A DNA stretch of 64,000 nt from a virus (taxonomy: Duplodnaviria; Heunggongvirae; Uroviricota; Caudoviricetes): positions 2,458 to 66,457 of IMG/VR virus record IMGVR_UViG_3300031760_000013; one strand, written 5' to 3'. The notes under the pieces are model-generated. The model was not told the origin of the DNA. It searched no databases and saw nothing but the letters and a program-made list of their open reading frames with translations. This document shows positions 44,934 through 53,188 of this stretch, in pieces (the first letter of the stretch is position 1; every line of letters starts with the position of its first letter). A program made the translations under genes and the position numbers.

Positions 44934-46404
44934 TTGCAGTTGCCTCCCCTTCCTGCAGTTTCAGATATTCGATTGCTTCCTTCGGTTTTACTACGCTGCC
45001 ATCCGGCAGTTCAAAGCATTTATTGTTCGTGCTGTAATCGCTTATGCCATAAATCCTCTTGAAGAATTCACGCATAACGGTACCGTCCCCAAAGTTCAAA
45101 CTCTTGCATGATGCGATGCACTGTTCAATCGCGCCGATATAATCCCTATTTCTAAGGAACATATTAATCTGACGTTCGTAATTCCCGAGACAACGATATG
45201 CGTCAATGTGAGTATTCGGCATATAATCTCGGAATTCCGAGCCATACTCATACCCACCCATCGCACTGACATTACCTTCAAGACGGAAATGATATGCTGC
45301 ACAGAATCTGATCTTTATTGTCTGATCAATAAACACTGCACGCATCAGCTTTTCCATGTCTTCTTCCGGAATAATGTTGTTACACCCACGATCGTTCGGG
45401 CGATACATGAGACTGCGCTTATTCCCGATCATGCTCTCAGCAGCATCTTCGTCGAAATACTGGAGATAATCTTTCACAACGAATTCCATCACTGTATCAT
45501 CTACCTTCATTAGTGACAGTTTCCTATTGTTGATAAAGTACTGCATGATCTCAGATTCTTCATCGCCGCTTGCAAGCTTTGTTTCAATCCCCAGAAGAAC
45601 GGTTTCCTGGTCTCTTCTCTTACGCAGATATTCCCCAATTTCTTCGTTCAATCTTTCGATCGTCCTATCGATCTCACCGATATTATTAGCGACTTCCGTC
45701 CTGCGGAGACGCTCATATTTCAACTCAAACCCTCCAAGCATTCCCTTAATGCCTGCGGTTCTGAAATCGTAATGAGATGCGATCTGATCAACACACTCGA
45801 GATATCTGTCCGGCGTTTTCTCTCTGAGAGAATGAATCAGCGACATTTCCTCATCGGATACACCATTTTTCGGATCAAAATACCAAGGTAAGAACGCAAA
45901 TACACCACACTGCAGATAATGCATTCTGCGTGTGTCCATATTATCCGTGAAGATGTAAACGCTGCGTCGCTCAACATTCACATAACACAGAACTTTGAAA
46001 ACTTTCCGGTAAAAATCCGTGACCTTTGTTACGCGATGCCATCCCGCACACATGCTCTCGAGGTTGTTTTCGATCGCGTGGAATACCTTTTCCGACGCTT
46101 CGTCTGAACCAGTCGAGATGTTCTTAATAAACAGGATACCATCACCCATGCGATTAACATGAACACACTGATCGTTCGCAATAGTTTCCTCTGTCTTTGA
46201 CCGAACATCGCTTGGACGCATTGACTGTGAATAATACGAAAAAGTGAGGTTGTCATCCTCTCCCATTCTTGGCGCAACTAATGCACGCAATGTAGATATG
46301 AACGTGCTATCACCATTCACCATATCGCCCCAGATTTTCCCTCTGAAATACTCTTCCGCGAACGGTGTGGTCAGAGACGTTCCACGAATTAAGTCTCTAA
46401 ACAC
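44917..46404 (-). CDS. hypothetical protein (495 aa)
   Basis: Long ORF with no motif I can name. Confidence 0.45.
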   Translation of the reverse strand: MFRDLIRGTSLTTPFAEEYFRGKIWGDMVNGDSTFISTLRALVAPRMGEDDNLTFSYYSQSMRPSDVRSKTEETIANDQCVHVNRMGDGILFIKNISTGSDEASEKVFHAIENNLESMCAGWHRVTKVTDFYRKVFKVLCYVNVERRSVYIFTDNMDTRRMHYLQCGVFAFLPWYFDPKNGVSDEEMSLIHSLREKTPDRYLECVDQIASHYDFRTAGIKGMLGGFELKYERLRRTEVANNIGEIDRTIERLNEEIGEYLRKRRDQETVLLGIETKLASGDEESEIMQYFINNRKLSLMKVDDTVMEFVVKDYLQYFDEDAAESMIGNKRSLMYRPNDRGCNNIIPEEDMEKLMRAVFIDQTIKIRFCAAYHFRLEGNVSAMGGYEYGSEFRDYMPNTHIDAYRCLGNYERQINMFLRNRDYIGAIEQCIASCKSLNFGDGTVMREFFKRIYGISDYSTNNKCFELPDGSVVKPKEAIEYLKLQEGEATANGESN

Positions 46405-46617
46405 TTTTAAATCCTCCCTGATTTAATTTCCTTTTAGAGCCGATATCCGGAGTCGAACCGGACGGTATTTACCGTTCCTCACATCGGCATATAAAAACAA
46501 GTGGCGCGAAAGAAATCCCTTCATTATAGCGTGCCATCAAGCATGCCGGATTCCCAAGCGCCACTTGGAGTTACGATGTGTTATGATTTTCAAAGGCTCC
46601 AGTCGGAGCCTTATGTA

Positions 46618-46845
46618 TTATGCGTTATCCAGCTTCTGGACGTTGTACAGGAAGCCCTTTTCTGTGATGCCGAGCTGGCTGAATGTTTTATCCAGATCGC
46701 CGGGGCCGAGGGTTGCGCCGTCAAGAGTGGACATGCCGTGAGTATAATCAATGTCGTTCTGTTCGAAAACCTGACGCGGAGTTGCATCATCTTCAACGAT
46801 AACCGGAACACGCTTCACATTGTTACCTACAGTGATCTTAACCAT
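46618..46845 (-). CDS. hypothetical protein
   Basis: 76 aa from Met MVKITVG... with RBS AAAGGAGA; the longer track ORF (to 46914) lacks an RBS. Confidence 0.4.
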   Translation of the reverse strand: MVKITVGNNVKRVPVIVEDDATPRQVFEQNDIDYTHGMSTLDGATLGPGDLDKTFSQLGITEKGFLYNVQKLDNA

Positions 46846-46939
46846 TTTTATTTTCTCCTTTAATTCAATAAATATTTTTTTGTTTGAGATTTTGGGAAAC
46901 TGCGGGGCTGCCATTAATTTGACAGCCCCAAACTCAACA

Positions 46940-47341
46940 TCACTGAGTTACAGTAATGTTGCTGAGGATTGCGGCCTCTTCAGCCTCGATTTCCTCGAGA
47001 ATTCCGGGGATCTTTTCCTCGATCTTACCGAGGAGCAGGACAGCGGGACCGAACTTGTCAGCTACATACCCCTTGATATTTTCGGTTTCCACGCCATCAA
47101 GAGTAGTTGTGAGACATGCAAGACCTGCACCGTCACGGGTTTCCTTGCCGAACTCAACACCAGCGGAACGGATGCTACCAGCACCATTCGTCACACCGAC
47201 GCAGAAAATCGGTTCCTTGCCATCCTCACCGCCGAGAAGTGTGAGGGCTTTGGGGCGATACTTCTTTACCTTCTTGTAATCCGCCAGCTTAACGCTGGAA
47301 GTTACAACGACTGCATCCCCTGCGATCACGATTTTTGCCAT
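46940..47341 (-). CDS. hypothetical protein, likely highly expressed
   Basis: 133 aa; strong RBS AGGGAGAAAGAGG; GC-richer codon usage than the rest of the window. Confidence 0.45.
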   Translation of the reverse strand: MAKIVIAGDAVVVTSSVKLADYKKVKKYRPKALTLLGGEDGKEPIFCVGVTNGAGSIRSAGVEFGKETRDGAGLACLTTTLDGVETENIKGYVADKFGPAVLLLGKIEEKIPGILEEIEAEEAAILSNITVTQ

Positions 47342-47466
47342 AAATGACCTCTTTCTCCCTTATATGTAGGGACATTTAAAAAATAGTAGCGTTTGCATTA
47401 CCCGCCATCGCTTGTGCTGTTCGCACGGAAGCCGCCCCGTGATGGCATACCCGTATTTCTACGGGC

Positions 47467-48078
47467 TTATTCCGGCATATAAATCGGGTTATCCTCATCT
47501 TCATAATCCAGAAGCTCATAAGGATATTCCTCGTACGATTCAACGCCATTCTCATCAACCAGATACATCGGTCGATATATAGTCACATCCCATTTCCTGT
47601 ACATATATTCGAGAAAATGTTCCTTGCAATCTTGGAAGAATTTCTTCTTCCTGGCTGAATCGAAATCCCCCATGCTCTCATCAATTGTGAGATTTATGAA
47701 GTCATACAGCGCATAATCGAGATCTTCTTCACGCATCTCGATTTCCTCTTCTTGTGCCTCTTCCTCATCTTCTTCCTCGTCCTCTTCCGGCTCATCGTCC
47801 ATCGCGACTGCGGATTTCCCAGTCGCCCATCGATACATCGTTTTTGCGATATCCTCGCAATCCGCTGCATCAATGCACGTTTCCTCAAAAGCTGGTTCAC
47901 CGCCAACACACATGATGATGTCCGGCAGCTCGTCACCACTTTCCCCCACACTGGTGAGATAAATCACCACATCGCGCTCGATATCTTCAGCGATTTCCAT
48001 GAAATCCTTTTCGAGCTTTGCCTTTTCTTTCTGGAATAAATCCCAGATTTTATTAGCCTCAACGTTAATCCTCAGCAT
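47467..48078 (-). CDS. acidic protein (poly-Glu/Asp tract), paralog of 48274..48570
   Basis: 203 aa; DDEPEEDEEEDEEEAQEEEIE tract; C-terminal YEEYPYELLDYEDE resembles IEYIEYPYERLW of the neighbouring protein. Confidence 0.45.
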   Translation of the reverse strand: MLRINVEANKIWDLFQKEKAKLEKDFMEIAEDIERDVVIYLTSVGESGDELPDIIMCVGGEPAFEETCIDAADCEDIAKTMYRWATGKSAVAMDDEPEEDEEEDEEEAQEEEIEMREEDLDYALYDFINLTIDESMGDFDSARKKKFFQDCKEHFLEYMYRKWDVTIYRPMYLVDENGVESYEEYPYELLDYEDEDNPIYMPE

Positions 48079-48273
48079 GTTTCTGTCTCCTCCTCAAAAT
48101 CGACCATAGCAAGTGGAACGATATCCATATCCCAGTTCATATCAGATGCGCTTTCTGCTCCGACAATTTCAAGCAACTCACCCTGCGCCTTCTCGTTGAG
48201 GCCGCTGAAATAAATGTTAAAAGTTACCACGATTTCACCCCTTTAAAAACATATGATAATTGCATGGGTGGTA

Positions 48274-48570
48274 TTACCACAATCTTTCATAAGGATATTC
48301 TATGTATTCAATTTCCCCGTCTTCGCCGTCTCTGATTACCGGGCGGTAAACAGGCAAGTCATGCTTGTCTGCTATTACATCAATAACATCGCTTAGTATG
48401 TCAGTAATCTCGTCACTGTTGAGGTTGTATAGCCTGTCTGCATCACTTTCCATCACAACTTCAAGAAATTGCCAGAACGCTACCCTCAATTCATCTTCTC
48501 GAATCGAAATTTCCTCTTCCAATTCGGGCCTATCTTTCTCATCCACTTTTAGTTCCTCCAGAATGATCAA
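48274..48570 (-). CDS. acidic protein, paralog of the 47467..48078 C-terminal region
   Basis: 98 aa sharing the YxEYPYE motif. Confidence 0.4.
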   Translation of the reverse strand: MIILEELKVDEKDRPELEEEISIREDELRVAFWQFLEVVMESDADRLYNLNSDEITDILSDVIDVIADKHDLPVYRPVIRDGEDGEIEYIEYPYERLW

Positions 48571-48856
48571 AAACTTTTCTTTTTAAGCCTTCACCAGCCG
48601 TGAAGACTATTCTTGTTGGGGAGATTTTCATCTGCTCACCCTTCAGATTCTTTATTTCTCGTGGTGCTTGCGATACAGCTTCAAACGTGCCAAAGTTAAC
48701 CATCTGCACAATTTTCCCGTCACGCAAACAATCTGTAACCACATCTTTAAATGCCCTTACAGCAGCTCGCGCCTGACTTTCTGTCAGATTTGTTCGGTGT
48801 GCAATTCCATCGATAATATCGGTTGTTAACATTAGCTCTGCATCTCGTTTGAACAT
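48539..48856 (-). CDS. HU/IHF-family DNA-binding protein
   Basis: 105 aa. LTESQARAAVRAFKDVVTDCLRDGKIVQMVNFGTFEAVSQAPREIKNLKGEQMKISPTRIVFTAGEGLK follows the HU pattern throughout (GFGTF, R.GRNP-like arm, proline in the arm). Strong RBS. Confidence 0.75.
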   Translation of the reverse strand: MFKRDAELMLTTDIIDGIAHRTNLTESQARAAVRAFKDVVTDCLRDGKIVQMVNFGTFEAVSQAPREIKNLKGEQMKISPTRIVFTAGEGLKRKVFDHSGGTKSG

Positions 48857-48989
48857 AAAGCGATGGCAAACCTCCTCTCATAATTAACCTCACTCTGCAT
48901 TTCTACGGACTTGTGACCGCCTGTCGGTTGCATTAAGGCGGGCTCACAGTTTTGCCCATGAGCCCATTTATTAGGAGGATAGAACGGAA

Positions 48990-49178
48990 TCAATGTGAAT
49001 AAGATATCAGCGATAGTTTATTGCTATGCCTGACTTTGTTGAGAAACAATTCCATCTTGTATCTCGAATCAAAATCCCTTGTAACCATCTTGCTCGAATC
49101 ACGGACAAGGAAAGTCACCTTGTAATACCCTGGAATTTTTTGCTCTTTATGTAATATCATCTTTAACCACCTACACAT
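48990..49178 (-). CDS. hypothetical protein
   Basis: 62 aa ORF. Confidence 0.3.
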   Translation of the reverse strand: MCRWLKMILHKEQKIPGYYKVTFLVRDSSKMVTRDFDSRYKMELFLNKVRHSNKLSLISYSH

Positions 49179-49373
49179 TCAAAAATACCTGTACACTTTC
49201 GTAATTTCCGGATTTGTTTTCCGCTTCACACCCTGTTTATTGGATGCTTTTTTCATCGCTTGGTATGCGAAGTAATACCCAGCGACCAAAAGGATTGCCC
49301 AGCTTAACACATTGTCTACCATTTCTATCACCTCATTGTTATCATAAAAATGGGGTGGTGCAGCGAACCGCAA
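49179..49373 (-). CDS. small membrane protein
   Basis: 64 aa with one TM helix. Confidence 0.35.
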   Translation of the reverse strand: MRFAAPPHFYDNNEVIEMVDNVLSWAILLVAGYYFAYQAMKKASNKQGVKRKTNPEITKVYRYF

Positions 49374-49412
49374 CCACCCCTATATAAAAAGGAAGGAGAA
49401 AAATGAAAAACC

Positions 49413-49613
49413 TCAGATTTTCACAAGCTCACATTTATTTGGGAACACATAAGAAAGCATTCCGCCGTTCATTGACTCCAAAATCAAGTGGAGCGTTGCT
49501 CTTGTCGAACTCGTTTTCCTGCCCTCAACCTTCCGAACACGAAGCTGAACATTGTTGCATAAGACAATGCTCCCCTGCTTCAGTGACAAAGCCTCTTCTC
49601 TCGTCATCGTCAT
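49413..49613 (-). CDS. hypothetical protein
   Basis: 66 aa; stop/start overlap with 49610..49816. Confidence 0.35.
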   Translation of the reverse strand: MTMTREEALSLKQGSIVLCNNVQLRVRKVEGRKTSSTRATLHLILESMNGGMLSYVFPNKCELVKI

Positions 49614-49816
49614 ACCTCCGGAAGAAGCTCACGTGCTTGGTGACCATCACCCCAGCGATATGTACATAATGCGCTTTCCGAACTGCCAAAGATTTTAACA
49701 ATCCCTGGAATTCTGGCAAAATAATTTTTCCCGCGACATTCAATCACAGGCTCGCTCGAAACATTGAATCTTCTTGCAAGAGCTTTCACCCTTGTCTTAA
49801 ATTCCCTGAACCCCAT
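49610..49816 (-). CDS. hypothetical basic protein
   Basis: 68 aa; translationally coupled to the downstream ORF. Confidence 0.35.
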   Translation of the reverse strand: MGFREFKTRVKALARRFNVSSEPVIECRGKNYFARIPGIVKIFGSSESALCTYRWGDGHQARELLPEV

Positions 49817-49839
49817 TTCATTCTCCTCTTTTCGTTTAG

Positions 49840-49860
49840 ATATTAAAAAGCCGAGAGCAA
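49840..49860. terminator. hairpin gccgagag-caaaa-ccctcggc flanked by A/T runs on both sides (candidate bidirectional intrinsic terminator)
   Basis: 6-7 bp GC-rich stem; ttaaaaa precedes it and aatttt follows it on the plus strand. Confidence 0.35.
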
Positions 49861-49942
49861 AACCCTCGGCAATTTTACTTAGTTATTTACTTTTAACATC
49901 AAATTTGCAACAATATCTCTGCAGGCGGGTAAGGAGTTAGCT

Positions 49943-50200
49943 ATGATATTGTTATTTAAAGACCAGACTTATTTAGCAATCACATCAACCAAGTGGATTA
50001 ATAAAGAAGAGGCTGACATAATCAGCCTCAACGATTTACAGAAATCCAAAGAATTCCACGGGAAATCAGTGGAGTCTGCCGGTATTTGTTTTTACGATTC
50101 CAGTTATTATCTCGTTGTGGAATTTACAAAAACCCTCGAGATTCATAAATGGTGCGGTAATTGCATCGTGAAAACCATTTGGAGAATTATTCCAGATTGA
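49943..50200 (+). CDS. hypothetical protein
   Basis: 85 aa plus-strand ORF with AAGGAG RBS; isolated plus-strand gene in a minus-strand block. Confidence 0.35.
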   Translation: MILLFKDQTYLAITSTKWINKEEADIISLNDLQKSKEFHGKSVESAGICFYDSSYYLVVEFTKTLEIHKWCGNCIVKTIWRIIPD

Positions 50201-51137
50201 AATAGCGTTTATAGGCGCGGTAAGACCACAAGGCTTTACCCGCCGTTTTTGTTCCTTTAAAAACCTCAGTAACTTTACTGGCGTTTTCTTTTGAAAATAC
50301 ATCGAATCCCGCCTGTTCTAATAAGAACAGAGCGTGGAGCCTACCAGATTCCCACACGTTTTTAAAGACAAGCCTATTAGGATTCCCAAGCTCCTGATAG
50401 GCTTCAGCGATTTTGTTTAATGCTGAATTCAATTGCGTTGGTGTATAAGATTCCCCGAACCTGTCGGATTTTGGTGTTGCGAACTTCTTCAAAAACTGTT
50501 TGCAATTCGGGTCTTTTACCACGTTAAAAACCGCCGTCCGATTTTCTCTTTGAGCGATTTTGCAATCTGCATACTCCGTAAGGATTTTAGAAATTTCCGG
50601 AGAATACCATGATGCTATAACATTCCCGTCAACATCATATATTTTCTTGTTAGCAAGATCAACTTGAGAATCCAGCATATTAAATATACTGTTTTTCCCA
50701 ACACCAATCCACGCAAGCGCAAATATCGGTGGCTCTACATACCCGTTATCAATTTCCCGAACCTTTTTAATTTCTGTACACAGTGACGCCGGGTCTTTAA
50801 TGTAGATTTCCCCTGCTTTCGAGAATACATCTGAATTCGGATCAATTGCCGCGAGAATCCAATCTGTCACGTGATCAAAAACCCTATTTCTATCACACCA
50901 TTTCAGATATGAATTCACTATTGAACGGACCGTGTATATGGTTCCCAGAGATTGCATATCTAATTTCCCAGCAACAGATTCCGCTTCCGCTTTATCCATT
51001 TCCGCAATATCCTTACCAAAATCCCGTTCAAGCTCTTCTGTAATTCCAAAGATTTTGAACGCAGTATTCCTGTTGGATTTGGTTGCAATCATTTCCATGA
51101 TAAAGCTATCTTTAATTTCGGCATTATACATTTCCAA
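50187..51137 (-). CDS. hypothetical protein, paralog of 23419..24372
   Basis: 316 aa; shared length and motifs with 23419..24372. Confidence 0.45.
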   Translation of the reverse strand: MEMYNAEIKDSFIMEMIATKSNRNTAFKIFGITEELERDFGKDIAEMDKAEAESVAGKLDMQSLGTIYTVRSIVNSYLKWCDRNRVFDHVTDWILAAIDPNSDVFSKAGEIYIKDPASLCTEIKKVREIDNGYVEPPIFALAWIGVGKNSIFNMLDSQVDLANKKIYDVDGNVIASWYSPEISKILTEYADCKIAQRENRTAVFNVVKDPNCKQFLKKFATPKSDRFGESYTPTQLNSALNKIAEAYQELGNPNRLVFKNVWESGRLHALFLLEQAGFDVFSKENASKVTEVFKGTKTAGKALWSYRAYKRYFNLE

Positions 51138-51520
51138 TCACCTCATACGGATTTTACATAATTCCGCAGGGATTGTCAATTGAGAATTTTCAAAATCCCT
51201 TTTGAACTATGTTATGTATAGGTATGGAAATCCCATGCCGTAATAAACCATTTAGACGGAAACCTGGCCGGGTGGCTAAATGCCCTATGCTATACAGACC
51301 CGACCAGCGTTTCCCCTTGCCCTACACCGATTTCAGAAGCTGCTCAATTTCCATGAGAGAACCTACAAAAATCTCGCAAAGTTCTCTCTCAATCCGGTGA
51401 ATAAGCTTGTTCATTTTTACGCCTCTTTTTCCTTAAAATCCCTCACTCTGCATTACGGGCTTGTGACCGTTTGGGATAAACCCAAGCTGCATTAAGGGCC
51501 TGCAGAAAATCCCTGCAAGC

Positions 51521-51847
51521 TTACCATTCCAATGGTGAGAACCTGGCGCTTACAATGATATCATCTGATATTCCAGCAGTCCCAGCATCATCAAAAATCA
51601 TTGCAATTCCGTCGCCAACCTCCCAGTCTTCAACACTGTAGAATGTCCATAAATTCCCAGTGCCGTCAACAACATAAACCTCATCTTGCGCCCTGTCTAT
51701 GAAGTCTATAATTCCTGCTCTCGGATAATATTCATGGTATGCCCCATCTCTTGCAGAGACAATAAACCCAAGAGCAAAGGCCAAGAGTAAAGCCACGCAG
51801 GCAGAAACAACCCTGTTAAACCCTCTCATAGCATTTACCCCTTGCAT
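51521..51847 (-). CDS. secreted/membrane-anchored protein
   Basis: 108 aa with an N-terminal signal/TM segment (VVSACVALLLAFALGFIV). Confidence 0.4.
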   Translation of the reverse strand: MQGVNAMRGFNRVVSACVALLLAFALGFIVSARDGAYHEYYPRAGIIDFIDRAQDEVYVVDGTGNLWTFYSVEDWEVGDGIAMIFDDAGTAGISDDIIVSARFSPLEW

Positions 51848-52068
51848 CCGAGATCATCACACGCATTCCTGTATGTGAACAATTCCGCAGCACGAACCAT
51901 CATAGTCAGACGGCAGGCAGTTTCATCCAGTGAGCAAAACCCACGATTGTACTGCATAAGAATCATGCGGATTTCCCGATAAACCTTATCAGTTTCCGGA
52001 CGTTCTCCGCCACACGACGGGAAAAGGTTGTAGAATTCCCCAGCGTACACATACCCATTTTCCGGCAT
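51835..52068 (-). CDS. hypothetical Cys-containing protein
   Basis: 77 aa from Met MPENGY... with RBS AAGGAAGGGG; the longer track ORF lacks an RBS. Confidence 0.4.
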   Translation of the reverse strand: MPENGYVYAGEFYNLFPSCGGERPETDKVYREIRMILMQYNRGFCSLDETACRLTMMVRAAELFTYRNACDDLGCKG

Positions 52069-52216
52069 AGTATTTTCCCCTTCCTTAAACTGTACCTCTC
52101 TGCATTTCCACGGGCTTGAGACCGTCAAAGGCTGCATTAGTACAATTCCCAAAAAGAATAGGGCAGGATGTAAAACCCTGCCCATTTCAAGCTTTCACTA
52201 TTGAAGGATGGCGCAA

Positions 52217-53188
52217 TTATGCCGCAGGTGCTACGGTCTCGGCAACCGGAGCTTTTTCCGGTGTTGCAGGAGCTTCCGCCATGTCCTTATTTTCCGCGAC
52301 TCCGTACGGAGTTCCGCCGATGTTGGAATTATCCTGGAAGTCGTACGGAAGCTTGTTCATGCGATGGAAAGCCGCCGTATAAATCCCGTTGATAATGGTT
52401 TCCTCATTCTTCTTGGTATAAGAACCCCTCACACAGCCGTCAGAACCAGTGCCGACTTTTGCCGTGACAAAGATATCCTTGAGGAACTTGATATCAGCGC
52501 TAACAGCGTGAGGGATTTCCACGCCACGGAACATCATTCCCCAAATTTCCGTGAGCTGGTTCTGCAGTTTGGTGCTGGAGAAAGCCCCATCTTTCCCACG
52601 TTCCCAGCATCCACCCTTGGATGCAAGAGCCTCCATTTTTGCCCTGTAGGCATCGGAAACCCACTTTTCCTTGCGAGTAATGCCGTCAGTTCCCACCTTG
52701 TCCATTGCCATGAACTCCGCAAAAATCGTGCAGAGATTGGCAATCCCGTCAGACTCCACAGGATGCACCATCTTGATGAAGTCGTACGCAGAAATCCTGG
52801 AATAGACAGGGATCTCCTGCTTATTCTTGGTCGTCTTGGTCAGCAGCTGCCAACCTGCCTTGGAATCCTTTTTGGCTAAAAAGCCAACAACAGACTGGCA
52901 ACGGAGAAACTCCGCGTCTGCTTCTGCAGAATCCATGGAAGCAAGCTGCTCAAGCCGCTCCGTCTGCATCTCCTCATGGTACAGCTCAATAGCTGCATTG
53001 ACACGCTTGACGGCGGATTTCTCCTCATCGTCAGTATGCCCCTCTTTGCAGTAATCCACAAAGACTTTCCACTCCTGCCCAATATTGGCAAGAAACACGT
53101 CGGCATTGCCCTTGGACTCATCAAGCTGCAGAGCAACACGGATTTTTCCGGCTTCCTCATTCAGCTTTTCACGATTCATTTTCAACAT
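52217..53188 (-). CDS. hypothetical protein with Ala/Pro-rich C-terminus, likely highly expressed
   Basis: 323 aa; GC-richer codon usage; C-terminal AEAPATPEKAPVAETVAPAA. Confidence 0.45.
   Translation of the reverse strand: MLKMNREKLNEEAGKIRVALQLDESKGNADVFLANIGQEWKVFVDYCKEGHTDDEEKSAVKRVNAAIELYHEEMQTERLEQLASMDSAEADAEFLRCQSVVGFLAKKDSKAGWQLLTKTTKNKQEIPVYSRISAYDFIKMVHPVESDGIANLCTIFAEFMAMDKVGTDGITRKEKWVSDAYRAKMEALASKGGCWERGKDGAFSSTKLQNQLTEIWGMMFRGVEIPHAVSADIKFLKDIFVTAKVGTGSDGCVRGSYTKKNEETIINGIYTAAFHRMNKLPYDFQDNSNIGGTPYGVAENKDMAEAPATPEKAPVAETVAPAA

Noticed and set aside
46440-46500. tRNA-like stretch (ccggagtcgaaccgg T-arm-like hairpin plus flanking acceptor-like pairing)
   Set aside because: It lacks a D-arm and an anticodon arm and is about 52 nt long. 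A 10-bp inverted repeat acaagtggcgc/gcgccacttgg (46499-46569) followed by TTTTTAT on the minus strand sits next to it. More likely a terminator or leader structure between two minus-strand genes.
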